From assembly GCF_009914755.1 (NCBI RefSeq), contig NC_060926.1: 64,000 nucleotides of DNA. One strand, given 5' to 3'. Below the pieces are notes generated by a model. It did no database searches, was not told where the DNA came from, and saw only the letters and a program-made list of their open reading frames with translations. The translations under genes were made by a program, and so were the position numbers. Below are positions 15,381-37,222 of the stretch, in pieces. The DNA is from the human T2T-CHM13v2.0 reference genome, Homo sapiens. Each line of letters opens with the position of its first letter. The first letter of the stretch is position 1.

Positions 15381-15904
15381 GCATGGAGGCCTGGTATCAA
15401 GCACTTTGTACAATCAACTGGAGAGCTTTCATTTTGGCACCAGAGTTGAGGATTACTCTTCTCACCTGTCACCTTTCACTTTTCTTGGTGATTTTATATC
15501 ATGTAAGAATCATAAACTACCCATTTATTTCTATGTAATATATTCCATTCTTCTTTTAATAAATATTTATCGAGGCACCATCATGATAAACAGATGTGAT
15601 ACTTATTCTCATAATGCTTAGAGTCTACAAGATAAAATATTAAGCAAAGAAAGAATAAGCTAATTTCATCGCTGTGTTCATAACAGAAAATGTAAAAACT
15701 ACTGTCTAAAAACATAAAGGCTTAAGGATATTATATAAAGTCATAATAGTAAAGGTAACACAAGGTTGAAAAATACAAACTATGTAACAAACCTGCACAT
15801 GTACCCCCTGAATCTAAAAGTTACAATTATTTTTTTAAAAAGAGCTCCAAAAGGAAATATTCTGAAAACTAAGGTTAAAAAAAAACTATTTAAATTATTA
15901 AATT

Positions 15905-16030
15905 ATTATGACTGCTTTTATGCTACAATGGCAGAGTTGAGTAGTGTGACAAAGACCTCATCATACAGCCTGCAAATCCTAAAATATTTACTTTCTGGCT
16001 CTTTAAGAAAAAGATGGCTGGCCCCAGCAC
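15905..16030. mobile_element. MER58 hAT fragment
   Basis: gctacaatggcagagttgagtag...cctaaaatatttact.tctggc.ctttaagaaaa. Confidence 0.7.
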
Positions 16031-16244
16031 TATATTAACAGAGTAAAGAGGAAAGACATTCATCTCAAGGGAAGCAGAAAACATCTGATAAAATTCAATA
16101 TTCAGTTATGACTTAAGAAAATAATGATAATGATTCCTGGCAAATTAGGACATATCAGTTCTTTCACCTTTATCTGGTTAACCTGTACCAATCATCACTC
16201 TTAACAGTGAAATATTAGAAATATAGAAAGAATAGAAATATTAG

Positions 16245-17030
<786 letters not shown>

Positions 17031-17499
17031 ATTGTATAGTTACCTACCTAAGTAGGAATCTATAACCATTAAGACTAATAAGAGTTGAGAAAGAGTACTG
17101 GATTCAAAACTGACATACTAAAATCAACATACTAAATGATACAACTGAATAATGGCTGGAAAAAGGTGATTCTGGCATCCATAGAAAGTAGTTATGCTGG
17201 AGTTTCTGGTTGACGTTGCTGGAAATGAGGGGGTGGGGCTTCCAGCAGCAGACACTATAGTCACCCATGCAATTCTTCCTGTGAAGAAATATAGGAGACT
17301 CAAGAAGTCATACTTACCAAACGTCTCCCAGACTGACTGTTATCCTTAAGTCAGAGGATGATAATTCATATGAGGTTTCTGTGTAAGAGTAGTAACATTC
17401 ACAAAGAAGTAAACCCAGTTCTTGGCAGGACTACTTCAGATCTCTACCCCATCAACGCCTGCATGCGTATTACTTAAGGCACCCCAGCCTCTTCTTAGT

Positions 17500-17670
17500 A
17501 TCAGGAATTACTGTGTTTGTGTATTTGGTTTCCTATTTTGTCTGCTTCCCTTTACTAACATGGAAGTTTCATGAAGTGAAGTCAGGGACTGTGTTTTGTT
17601 CTCCTCTGTAGCCCTAGCACCCAGAATAGTGCCTGGAGCATAGCAGATCCTCAATAAATGCACTAAAAGT
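17500..17670 (+). mobile_element. L2 3' end
   Basis: cagggactgtgttttgttc...tagcacccagaatagtgcctgg..catagcag..ctcaataaat. Confidence 0.7.
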
Positions 17671-17974
17671 TGAAAGGAAAAGATGACCCCTATGCTGAGT
17701 TTTGAAGGGTAGGCAGAAGCAGTATGACGGGTGGTGGAGGCAACAGTATTGTGCAAAGGCGGAAAGGCATGAAACCACATGATCTGCAGGAAAGCCAATT
17801 CAGTATTGCTGGGAAGTAACACGCAAGGCATGTGATGGAAAAATTGGGAACTAGTGGGCAGAGCAAAAAAGGGGCCAGAAGGGCCTTGTTTGGCATTCTT
17901 AGGAGTGGGGTCTTTCCCATTAAAGTGATGAGAAGCAAGTAAAGGAATGTAAGCAAAGAAGTAGCACAGATTTA

Positions 17975-18280
17975 GGCCAGGCACAGTGGCTCAGGCCTGT
18001 AATCCCAGCATTTTGGGAGGCCAAGACAGGCGGATCACTTGAGGTCAGGAGTTTGAGACCAGCCCGGCCAACATGGTGAAACCCCATCTCTACTAAAAAT
18101 ACAAAAATTAGCCAGGCGCGGTGGCAGGCACCTGTAATCCCAGCTACTCACGAGGCTGAAGCATGAGAATCACTTGAACCCAGGAGGTGGAGGTTGCAGT
18201 CAGCCGAGATGGCGCCACTGCACTCCCGCCTGGGCGGCTGAGTGAGACTCCCTCTCAAAAAAAAAAAAAATAATAATAAT
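17975..18280 (+). mobile_element. AluS
   Basis: TSD aagtagcacagattta. Confidence 0.92.
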
Positions 18281-18429
18281 AAGTAGCACAGATTTAAATA
18301 GTTCAATCTGGTAGCTGATCATAGACAGCAGATTTGAGAGGGTCAAGACTGGAAGAAGGGATCAGGAAATTATTGCTTTGGTTCAGAAAAGTACCAGTGA
18401 TTAAAAAAAATTAGTAATAAACACAACCA

Positions 18430-18690
18430 TCCATATTAAGTATGTACTACTTACTTCATACTTAAGTATGTGAGTGCCAGGCACTGTGCCAAGTGCTTTA
18501 TTCACATTATCTCATTTAATCTTCACAACAATTCTATGAAGTCAATGCCATTCCTGCTTTATGGATGAGGAAACAGAGGCCCAGAGAGATTAAGTTAACT
18601 TGCCTAAGGTTATTCAGTCAGGAAGTGAGGCAGCCAAGATCCAAACTAAGCAGTCTAACTGCAAAGCTGGACTCAAAGCTGCTGTGGCGT
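18430..18690 (-). mobile_element. MIR
   Basis: gtgccaggcactgtgc.aagtgcttta...atctcatttaatc...gatgaggaaacagaggc core. Confidence 0.8.
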
Positions 18691-19889
18691 GACGAACAGA
18701 TTCAAACTCATGTACATAGTAAAACTCAGATGCCTTCTGATTTCTTTGGAGGTAGAAGGTGAGGTGGAGGGAAGTGACTCCAAGGTGTCTGGCTTGGATT
18801 ACTAGCCATTAGAAGCTCCGAACTACAAAAGTCCTTAATGATCACCCAGTTGGACTGCCTATCCAATGCCAAAATTTCTTCTTTATCACCCCTAACAAAT
18901 AGTTATCCAGCCTATGACTGACAGGACAACACATGGCTGAGCTGAGTCAAACTCTGCTTACCATTACCAAGACCCTAAAGGTGTCAAATATGTCGAGAGT
19001 TGGGTCTTCTGAGACTTTTACCCACTGATTTTCATATTGCGATATGCAGAATTCTAGAATTCTGCAAGGACCTCAGAGGCTATCCCAGGCTGGCTCCCCT
19101 CTCCTGCTTCAACCAAGCACTACCAATCTTATCATACTCTTATGTTAAGGGTCCTTGTAAGATTTCACTGGGGGAAAAAAAGAGTACAGTACTTTTGAAA
19201 GGTTTCCTAATCTCTGGTCCAGACCAATTACCCGTATTTCATGACAAAGGAATTTGAGGTCCAGCAAATGCAACCTTGAGTTGGTCAAGGTCACATGGTC
19301 ATGGTCACATAGACAAGTAGTCACAGAGCAAAACAATCCTGCAAGGATTGGGAACCACCCAACTTCTCTCAGCCATCTTCTTCTCTCTGTTTGAACTGTA
19401 TACAACAATGTAAATTTTAACAGAATATTTAAAGTTAAAAATATATCAAAATACACATTCACTCTTTTTAGTTTTCCAACAGCTCTAGGTGTTGCCCTAA
19501 CACTGAGTCCTCTCTGTCTCAGAACTGTCATCTAGTGGAAGGTAATTTATATAATGTATTAATCATTAGTCACCACCTGCAAAGTTCATGGTAACAATGG
19601 AGTTACAGCAAGAGATCTAAATTGACTGGCATGGTACAAAATCACAGACATTCTAGGTAACATTTCTGCCTATTTATTTATGGCCTTGTCTAAGAAAGCA
19701 AGTCAATTCTATTCAAATATATGCTTTGGCTTGGGGTCCTTCAACTCCATGATTCTTTAACTCCCATTCTTCCCTCTGCAAAGCTTATAACATAAAAGTT
19801 GTAACTGATTAAAGCTATGACTTGATCTAAAAAAAAAAAAAAAACCACACAAACATTCCCGCACATATGAACAAGGACTCAAGACTCAC

Positions 19890-19956
19890 GCATTTCTATG
19901 AACAGCTGCCTCTTCTCTGCCATGGTCTTCCGCTTGTTCCCACTTTCCTCAATCAT
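19890..19956 (-). CDS. DTNB: DTNB first coding exon (exon 19890-19957; ATG at 19956): [22 protein letters not shown] plus first base of Arg codon
   Basis: Minus strand reads tctctag|G ATG ATT GAG GAA...GAA ATG C|gtgagt. It has 67 coding nt and ends in phase 1. The peptide is recognisable as the dystrobrevin N-terminus. Confidence 0.96.
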
Positions 19957-20433
19957 CCTAGAGACAAAGAAAGATACAATAAACCACTGTATAATTCGAC
20001 AATTCAATCAAGTGCTAATCATTCTATTGTGAAGAGGGACCGGAAACCAAGTTGCAAATGCACATTTTAAGACAGTATCAGTAAAAATAAACTGGAAGCC
20101 TGATTCAGAAAAAGATAAACTGCCATCCTTTTATTTGATAGCTTCTAAAATATTAGTAAATCAATACTTGTATGAGCTCATACACTTGCTTACTGTGCTA
20201 AAAATATGGGGCTGACTTACTTCTAACTTTGATTATTTTCTCTGCAGAGTCCTGGATTAGTTGAGGTAACTTCCCATATCTCTACTGTTTTATATGGATA
20301 AACATGTTACTAAATATAATTTAGAAAATAAATGTAATGAAAGGCTGTAATAAAGGACATAAGAACAGTTAGCTTATACATAAAATATACATGAATATTC
20401 AATTTCATATTAAAGAAATCAGGTATTAATCCC

Positions 20434-20742
20434 TGATACGGTTTGGCTGTGTCCCCATCCAATTCTCAACTTGAATTGTATCTCCCAGAATGTCCATGTG
20501 TTGTGGGAGAGAGGTAATTGAATCATGGGGGCCGGTCTTTCCCGTGCTATTCTCGTGACAGTTAATAAGTCTCGTGAAATCTGATGGGTTTATCAGGGGT
20601 TTCCGCTTTTGCTTTTTCTACATTTTCTCTTGCTGCTGCCATGTAAAAAGTGCCTTTCACCTCCCACCATGATTCTGAGGCCTCTTCAGCCATGTGGCAC
20701 TGTAAGTCCAATTAAACGTTTTTTTTTTAAAAAAAAAAAAAA
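20434..20742 (+). mobile_element. THE1A-like MaLR LTR lacking U5, followed by an A-rich tract
   Basis: tgatacggtttggctgtgtcccca... through ctgtaagtccaattaaac, then T10 A14. Confidence 0.85.
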
Positions 20743-20773
20743 GAAAGAAGGAAAAGAAAACTGTTCAGAGCTT

Positions 20774-21107
<334 letters not shown>

Positions 21108-21577
21108 CTGTTCAGAGCTTTCTTCCAGACTCAGTGACCTGGGACTGGAGTGTGGGAAGAGGGAAGATGCCGTTCGTTCACCTGCTGTCTTAGACCTTCC
21201 CAATGTGCCTTTTACTCCCGCTCTTGATAACTGCCTTCTGTATCTTTCCTTCACTTTCTTCTACTACAGATCATTTTTCTCCTTTTTTCCCCTCATCCTT
21301 CCACATGTATCATCCTCCAGCTTAATCACCAAAACCCTACCCGGTAGATATAATGCCCATTTTACAAATGAGGAAACAAAAGTTCAAAAAAGACAAATTA
21401 CTTAATCAAGGCTACAGGGACTGATAAGCAGCAGGGCCAAGAGATTCCAAAGCTCGTGTTCTTTCCACCACACTGTACTCCTTCCACTTTAAAGCAATAT
21501 AACTCCCTGCTCACAAAACAAACTTCTGAATTACTCTAGGTGAGCTCTGTCATAACACAACCACCTTTAGAGATTGG

Positions 21578-21788
21578 CCTGGTTCTCAACCAGGGACAAT
21601 TTTGCCCCCATGGGACATTTAGCAATATCTACAGTCAGTTTTGGTTGTCACAACTGGGAGGGTGCTACTGGCATCTAGTAAACAGAGGTCAGGGACACTG
21701 CTAAACATTCTACAATGCACAGGAGAGTATTCACAATAAAGAATCATCCAGTCCAAAACAGCCATAGTGCTGAGGCTGAGAAACCCTG
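21578..21788. mobile_element. MER20 hAT MITE
   Basis: ggttctcaacc...ttttggttgtcacaactgg...gctactggcatctag...gctgagaaaccctg. Confidence 0.85.
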
Positions 21789-21999
21789 AGACAGACCACG
21801 TAACGAAATTTTAAAAACGGTAAACATTCGAAAACAGCCAGTATTAAATTTAGCCACTTGTTCAATATGATATTCAACAGCAAAACAGTTGACATCCTGA
21901 ATTCTAACAATAGTTTTCTTTAACTAGCCTTGAAACTCATCTTGTCACTCAATTTCTGCATCTCAAATTCATCATTTGTCAAATGGACATAATGGGGAT

Positions 22000-22240
22000 A
22001 CGTTTTGGGAAGCAATGTGGAATAACAAAAGAATGAGTGTTTTAGTGAATTAAACTAAATTTCAAACACTAGCTCCAACACTTGGACCCTGGAAAAATTA
22101 CTTAATCCTTCTGAATCTCGGATTCATCATGTGTAAAACTGTGATGATCACGAGTACCTTCCTCATGGATTGTTGTGAGGACTCACAGCAAATGCCTAGA
22201 ACAGTTCCCAGCACACAGTCAGTGTTCCCTAAGTGTTAGA
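22000..22240 (+). mobile_element. MIR
   Basis: ttacttaatccttctgaatctc...gtaaaa...ttgtgagga...tagaacagt. Confidence 0.6.
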
Positions 22241-22289
22241 ATGGACCAGCACACCAAATTGATGCTAAGAAAAGTCTGTTACTCAACAG

Positions 22290-23465
22290 GAGCCATAACA
22301 CTGACATCATCTGTTGACTGAACAGGTGCAGCAGACCCTGCCTTCATTCTATCACCAGGCTACGCTAAGGTCTAACTGTCCAGTTTCTAGTTGCCAGCAT
22401 CTGCATTTCTTTGCCTGAAGACAGACTGTGCTAAAAATTAGACCCAAGTTTCGACTGTGAAAGCAGGCAAATTACAAAGATTGAATTCACAGTCCTGACA
22501 AGATTCTTCTGAACCTTCTAGGCCAGAAGCGGCTTTCTTCCTCTTACTACAAGAGGGCGGTCTCCCCTGACTAAAAACTATGCAGAGGTCTTAGCTGGGA
22601 TGCATGCCTCCAAAGATGCCTACCCTCCTGGAGATATGTGCCTACCTCCCTCATTGCTTCTAGGCTAACAACCAGGCATTGTCAGAATAGGGAGGTACTG
22701 GCCTTCCTTTTGATGAAAGCATTGATTCACCAACACAGTATGATATGATGAGATGTACTGGCAAGAACTGGAAGAACATACCTGGATCTTGAGACTACTG
22801 AACTTGGTGGTCAAGTATAAGACTGGCAAGGAAACGTCTGTTGATATGGGCCACTCTTCCATGACTCACAATTTAATGTTCCAAAAAGGGCATCTGGAGC
22901 CAGTCCTAACATGCTACTAGAATGGCTCATTTAAGGTGGAAATAAATGTTTCCAATGATGTCTTAAAGGAAATAAATTGAAAATCCCGGAACTGCATGGC
23001 AAGGTATTAAGGAAGGAGTCAAAAGAGAGTCTGTATATCCCCTATCCCCTACCAGGTACACTGGCCTGACAGCACCTGAGAGCTTTCTCTAACCTCGAGT
23101 CCATTTTGTTCCCGGCATGGCACGCCTGACATACACGCCTGTCAGGTAGATCTACCACCTCCTGAAAACAATCTTAACCAATAACTGAAAGAGATGGTAT
23201 ATAAATACTCCAACTACCTTTCCCCTGAAGGACTATAACTCTAAGACACAAGTTTTACATTCGCTCCTGGAGTTTCTCAGTGGGAATACTGTGAAAAAAA
23301 TCAGTACCTGGCTTGAAAACAAATCTCGTATTTGCAATCTTTGCTATCTTCCCTCTCCTATCTCACTTCCCACTCCCCCACTGGCTTTTCCAAGGATAAC
23401 CTCCAAAATAAAATACTTGCATTTAAATCCTTGTCTACAAGTCAGCTACTGGGAGAATTAAGGCA
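22290..23465 (+). mobile_element. ERVL-class relic: LTR16-like pieces flanking an internal gag-like fragment
   Basis: gccagcatctgcatttctttgcctga; internal ttgatatggg...atttaatgt...cctaacatgctactagaatggctc; LTR16-like end aataaaatacttgcatttaaatccttgtct. Confidence 0.55.
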
Positions 23466-24138
23466 TTAAGTAGTTTCATTTCAAGCAATCTTATAATTCA
23501 GGGTACATAAAATCCAAATTAATGGGATACACAAAAACTGAGATTACTATAAACCATTTCCCTAGGCCCAGTCAAAGGTGACTCCATGCCAGTGCTTTAA
23601 GTACACTAATGCCTGTATCTTTGTAATTATGCTTTTAACAGTTCCATACCTAAGAAGGGTATTATCTACTCCAATACCACAGCTGATGAGATACCCTTGC
23701 CATTCTGATATAATCTTGAAGACCAATGCTACCATGAATGTAAGTACATCTCTCTACTTCCTTCCACTTGAACTCCTAGCACTCTGCCTTTTCTTAGCCA
23801 CACAATCTAGAGATAACCAATATCATTACCTTCACACTAACTCTAATTTCAAACCCTGCCATTTCCTTCCTCATAATCACGCTCATATCCACCCTCTTTT
23901 CCCATTTCAACTGCCAAAATCTTTGTCCACACTAATGCACAAATAAAATTCTATGACCTTGTGATCTCAGAACTCTCCACCCCTGTCTTCCTATGGTTCA
24001 TCCTGTGGGCATACAGAGAAATCCAGTAGGCACGTTTATTGAAACATCTCTGATCTTCAGTGGGTCCGAATCACTGCTTCATTTCACCCAATTTAAAGAA
24101 CCAGAACACATCTTCAGTCTATAAAGACCAGGGTCCTA

Positions 24139-29765
<5,627 letters not shown>

Positions 29766-29774
29766 TAACAGAAG

Positions 29775-29923
29775 CAGGACTGGGACTATGGTGATGTGAA
29801 CGAGGTACCTGGGGCACAAAATTTAAGGAAGCATCACCCTGGGGGTCATGCAAGCCCATGGCTGAGGGGCTCCTTACATTGGGGACCTAGGTGCCTCCTC
29901 ATCTCACCCTGGCCCTGGCCCTG
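29775..29923. mobile_element. MER91-like hAT-Tip100 MITE
   Basis: Imperfectly palindromic: caggactgggact...ggcacaaaatttaagg...ccttacattgg...ccctggccctg. Confidence 0.55.
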
Positions 29924-29945
29924 AATATAACATACAAATATACAA

Positions 29946-29947
<2 letters not shown>

Positions 29948-30012
<65 letters not shown>
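29948..30012. repeat. (CA)n microsatellite, ~31 units with one interruption
   Basis: Directly visible. Confidence 0.97.
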
Positions 30013-30203
30013 GCAAAAGTATAAAGAAGTATATGGAAATGGTAATCATCAAATTCAGAAAAGAGAGTATCTCTGGGGATGGAAACAGAATTATGACCGC
30101 AGAGGTATACCAACTCCACTGGCTATATTTTCTTTCTTAGGCTGGGTTCTAGGTACAATATAGTCTTCTTTTTTTGTGCTCCATTTACTTAAGTGGAAAC
30201 ATA

Positions 30204-30813
30204 TTTTTTTAATTTTACTTTAAGTTCTGCGATACATGTGCAGAACGTGCAGGCTTGTTACATGGGTATACATGTGCCATGGTGGTCTGCTGCACCTATT
30301 GACCCGCCATCTAAGTTTTAAGCCCTGCATGCATTAGGTATTTGTCCTAATGCTCTCCCTCCCCTTGGCCCCCACCCCCCAACAGGCCCCTGTGTGTGTT
30401 GTTCCCTTCCCTGTATCCATGTGTTCTCACTGTTCAACTCCCACTTATGAGTGAGAACATGCGGTATTCTGTTTTCTGTTCCTGTGTTGGTCTGCTGAGA
30501 ATGATGGCTTCCAGCTTCATCCATGTCCCTGCAAGGACATGAACTCATTCTTTTTTTATGGCTGCACAGCATTCGATGGTGTGTATGTGCCATATTTTCT
30601 TTATCCGTTCTATTATTAATGGGCATTTGGGTTGGTTCCAAGTCTTCGCTATTGTAAATAGTGCTGCAATAAACACAATGTGCATGTGTCTTTATAGGAG
30701 AATGATTTATAACCCTTTGGGTATATACCCAGTAATGGGATTGCTGGGTCAAACGTTATTTCTGGTTCTAGATCCTCGAGGAATCCCCACACCATCTTCC
30801 ACAATGGTTGAAC
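30204..30813 (-). mobile_element. L1PA8-like 3' fragment (sense to DTNB)
   Basis: Reverse complement of L1 3' end with ttttaagccctgcatgcattagg diagnostic. Confidence 0.85.
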
Positions 30814-30829
30814 AATATATTATTCTTTA

Positions 30830-31720
30830 TGCTTTATATGTACTATTTCTTTATAACATTTTAGATCATCTACTTTTAGTAAATTCTCTGGTAAGTCTTA
30901 TCCTGAGTGTTTTAGCGGGGGTGGGGAGCACAGTTCTCCATATATTTCCATATATTTTATTATTGAAACAGAGTATACCAAATACCATAAGCTCTGTACT
31001 TTTATCCAAATATACATGAACTCCCATGAACTCTAAAATTTGGTACAATAGCCATCATTTCAAAATCTTCAGCAACGTGTTCTACCAGTATCTCAACAAC
31101 AGTTGCTAATACAGGATACTTTTCAGTTTTACACCAAACTCAAATTATTTATCTATATATCATTTCAGCCACTGTTACCAAACAAGAAGAACAAGAGTTT
31201 ATGACTTTTTGTCTTTTATTCCTAAACCTCAAAAGGAACTTCTAAAAATGTATTATTAACCTTAATAAAATTTTAAGGTACTGGATTATGACTGACAATC
31301 ACTGAAAAACATCAATAAGTCTGTCTTTATATTCTGAATATTTAGTTTTTAAATATCTCAATTTATAAGATTAGCCCATAATATCATTAGTAAATACCTT
31401 CAGGTACAATGTACTCAACAGTGTATATAAGTCCATATTTTAAATAGTATTTTTAGTAATTCTAAGCTATTTTTTATTACTGCTTCTTCATCAATCTGAT
31501 GAGATCACCATTGTTTTTATATTATGCATTTGACTGACAAGTTCATAATATAAATAGAAGTATCCACTCTGTTTCTTTCTGGCTGTTCACGTGTATTTGT
31601 ATTATTACTTCAATCTTCTGCTGACTCTGAAACTTCAATCTGCATTTTCTTTGCAGGAATCTTTGTGAGCCATCTGTCTATTTAGCAAAGTTCATTTTAT
31701 TCAAATCAGGTAATATGATC
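30830..31720 (-). mobile_element. Decayed hAT/Charlie transposase coding relic
   Basis: Minus-strand translation gives DRWLTKIPAKK near 31650-31680 and LDKSTELMVFGILCFNNKI at ~30950-31010, resembling the Charlie/Buster (ZBED5-type) LDESTD...LMVF motif. Many stops and indels. Confidence 0.65.
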
Positions 31721-32648
31721 TGAAAGACCACTAAACCCAGCAGAGGTGAACTAAAACATGTGCTAAAACAATATAAGCAGGTAAATAAGGAGGATCACAG
31801 TATCAGCCCCTCCAGGCGGTGGGGTTCCCTAGCTTACCGTACGTGACAGACATCATCAGACACACAGATGAAGTAAAGTGTCAACCTATGGGTCAAATAC
31901 TGGTAAAACTTGATTGCTCATATTTTCTTGTAACACCCTGCCTAGAGGATCATTTTACATACCTCCCACTTTGGAGACTATTGCTCTTTTTAAAAGTAGG
32001 TGAGAAGACAAGACCGTGCTGAGCTTGAGGAGATTTTCAGGATTAGGGGTGTTAGAAGTAGAGAGGAAACTAAAGTCTAAGTGGTCAGGTAACTTGGCCT
32101 GAAGTTGCAAAGCTAGGAATCTGCGGAGTTGACCATGACGATGCTAAAGCGCTAGAGCCCATTTTCTTTCTATTGTGTCACATCGCCCCCTCCAGGGCAA
32201 CATGAGGCCTCAAGGAATAAGGAAAGAACACAGGTCCCAAAACTGTGGTGCTGGATCAGACCTTAAATCATGGAGCTAAGTAGGATCTGAAGAGAGTGCA
32301 GCAAAAAGTTTGGATCCTTGTTAGTTCTTACACTCTGTTCTATTCATAGAAAATAGAGTGTTTCACACCTGGACTACGTCTACACGCAGAAGTTACGTAA
32401 CTCCCACAGTAAAGACTAAAGGAAAAGGAGAGAAGGCTTTGGAAGTGTCTCCAGGATGTCTCTGTACATGCCTTTGTGTTAAATAGCCTTTATTTCCTTT
32501 CCATCTTTTTGTTAATTTCTTAACCCTGCCAGCTCTCAGCTACGTCAAAGCATCCAAGTATTGAAATTTCTTATGTAAGTTCACCACCTCCCACCATCTC
32601 CCTGTCAGTTTTTCTTTGGATGTCCATTTAATTAAGAAGTCAGTGAGG

Positions 32649-32943
<295 letters not shown>

Positions 32944-34446
32944 TTAGTGATGACTAAGACTCTCATTAACACTTAGTTACAACAAGCCAAACTTTATTGA
33001 AAGAGAACTTCCTTGCTTATTTCAGAAAAATTCTCAAATATTCTTCCTTTAATACTTCTTTTCTCTTCTCTTTCAGATTTAAAAAAAAAAAAAAAAGGCC
33101 AGGGAAAATAAATGTTCATAAAACCTTAAAGATTTGCTTTTTACAAATCTGAGAGAGTTCTCTAGGTTCCAATAAAAAAATTCAGTAACTGCACTCCACT
33201 ACAACAAAGAGTTCTGAGTAGCTAAATAACCTCACGGGGCTGTGGTAACTCTTAAATCAATATCATGTAAAGCATTTAGCACAATGGCATCCAGTAAGAG
33301 CCCAATAAATGTTAGCTACTATTATTGATATTATTAGGTACTATTCAAATATAGTGAAGTTACGATGATATTTAGTCCAAACCTGATTACTACAGCATTT
33401 CAGCCCTATTTTAACTTATATATAATGTTAGTATACAAAAATTCAAGTTTAAAATGTGTTTTCTTTAAAGGTTGTGAGGTTTTTTGTTAAAAGTGAATTA
33501 ACAAGTAAATCATATACATCTGTTTCTCTCAGTTACCTACAACTCAGAGAGATCTGTCCTATTCTTGACATGTTAAAGAAGGGAAAAAATAATTTCAAGA
33601 AATGCCCCAAAAAAAGGCCTCCATAAAATTCAACACCCAATTAAAAATATTTACCAAGAACAGAAGAAAACTTCCTTAAATTGACAAAAGACATCTTCCA
33701 AAAACCAACAGTAAACATCATATCTAACAGTGAAACACTGGAAACATTACCACTCAGGAAAAAGATTAAAATGCCCATTATTATACTTATTCTTGTACTG
33801 GAAGGCCTAGGCAATGCCATAACAAAGAAAAAAGTCTTTGTATAAAGTTGAGAAAGGAGCTTGGCTAATTAAATCTTCTAGAAAGTGGCCAGTAAGTACA
33901 TTCTTTGATGCATCCTCTCTGCTCTAAATACACAATAATGGATAAAATATTTTTTAACAATTTTTTTTAATTAGGCTCAAAAACAAGATAAACCTCTATT
34001 TGGAGAAACAGAATAGATACACAAAGTTGCAAGCAGGACTGAAGCTCTAGGCTTGCTGGATCCGGAGTCTAGACCAGGTGTGCACTTCCTGCAGGTAGTA
34101 ATGACAGAAAGCAAAGGAGGATGAAGAAACGGAGATATCTGGGCCAGACCCACTGCTCAAGGCCAGCAATGATGCTGGAGCTGAAAGGAAGCTAAAAAAT
34201 ACTGCTGCCAATCTCTGCCTAGAACTACAGTTTATCTAATACTCTAGGCTTAGATAAGTGGGAAGATATAAACAGCCTCAGGACCATACTCTATGAGAGG
34301 ATCGAAAATAGCCCAATTAACTCAAAGGGCAGGACCCTTGACCCACAATTATCATATCTGATTCTAGACTGAGGCCCAGTAGGTCAGCTGAAGCACCTGA
34401 AATATCACCACACAGAGGACAGTGGGCACAGAAGAAAACAAAATTA

Positions 34447-34893
<447 letters not shown>

Positions 34894-34969
34894 TTAACTT
34901 TACAGAACAGTCTGACATACTTATTATATAAGTACATTTAGGGTACTTGGACATAAATTTTAAAAATTA

Positions 34970-36610
<1,641 letters not shown>

Positions 36611-37006
36611 GTGCTGAAAAACTGGTCATCCAAATTGAAAAAAAAATTGTATCTTTTCATTATACCATACATAGAAATAAATTCCATCTGGAAAGCAAAA
36701 CTTTTTTAAACTTTTGGAAGAAACTCTAAGAATATATCATTAACACCATGAGAGACAGAAAATTTTCTTAAACCAGATACACACCCAAAAAAAGACAAGC
36801 CATTTAAGGGAAATTTTTCATAAATATGACATTAAACTTAAATGGTATATACAACCAAATACATTGTTAACAAAGGGAAAGAAAAGCCTAGGGCTGGCAG
36901 GATGCATTTGCAACACACAGACCCACTGAAGAATCAGCATCTAAAGGAACCCAACTGTTCCTCAGTGAGTAAAAGGACACGTGCGCTGTGATGTAAGTCC
37001 ACAACC

Positions 37007-37222
37007 GGGCCAGGTGCAGGGGCTCATGCCTGTAATCCCAACGCTTTGGGAGGATCACTTGCCAGCCTGAGCAACATGGCGAGACTGCATCTCTACAAAA
37101 AATTTTAAATGGTGGCACGCAAGTGTAGTCCCAGCTACTTGGGAGAATCACTTGAGCCCTGGAGTGCCACTGCACTCCAGTCTGGGCGACAGAGGAAGAC
37201 CCTATCTCAAAAAAAAAAAAAA
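37007..37222 (+). mobile_element. Alu with several internal deletions
   Basis: Alu motifs in order but only ~215 bp long. Confidence 0.8.

Noticed and set aside
17310-17320. ATACTTACC, identical to the U1 snRNA 5' end
   Set aside because: No further U1 sequence follows. It is the reverse complement of a splice donor and is reported as such.
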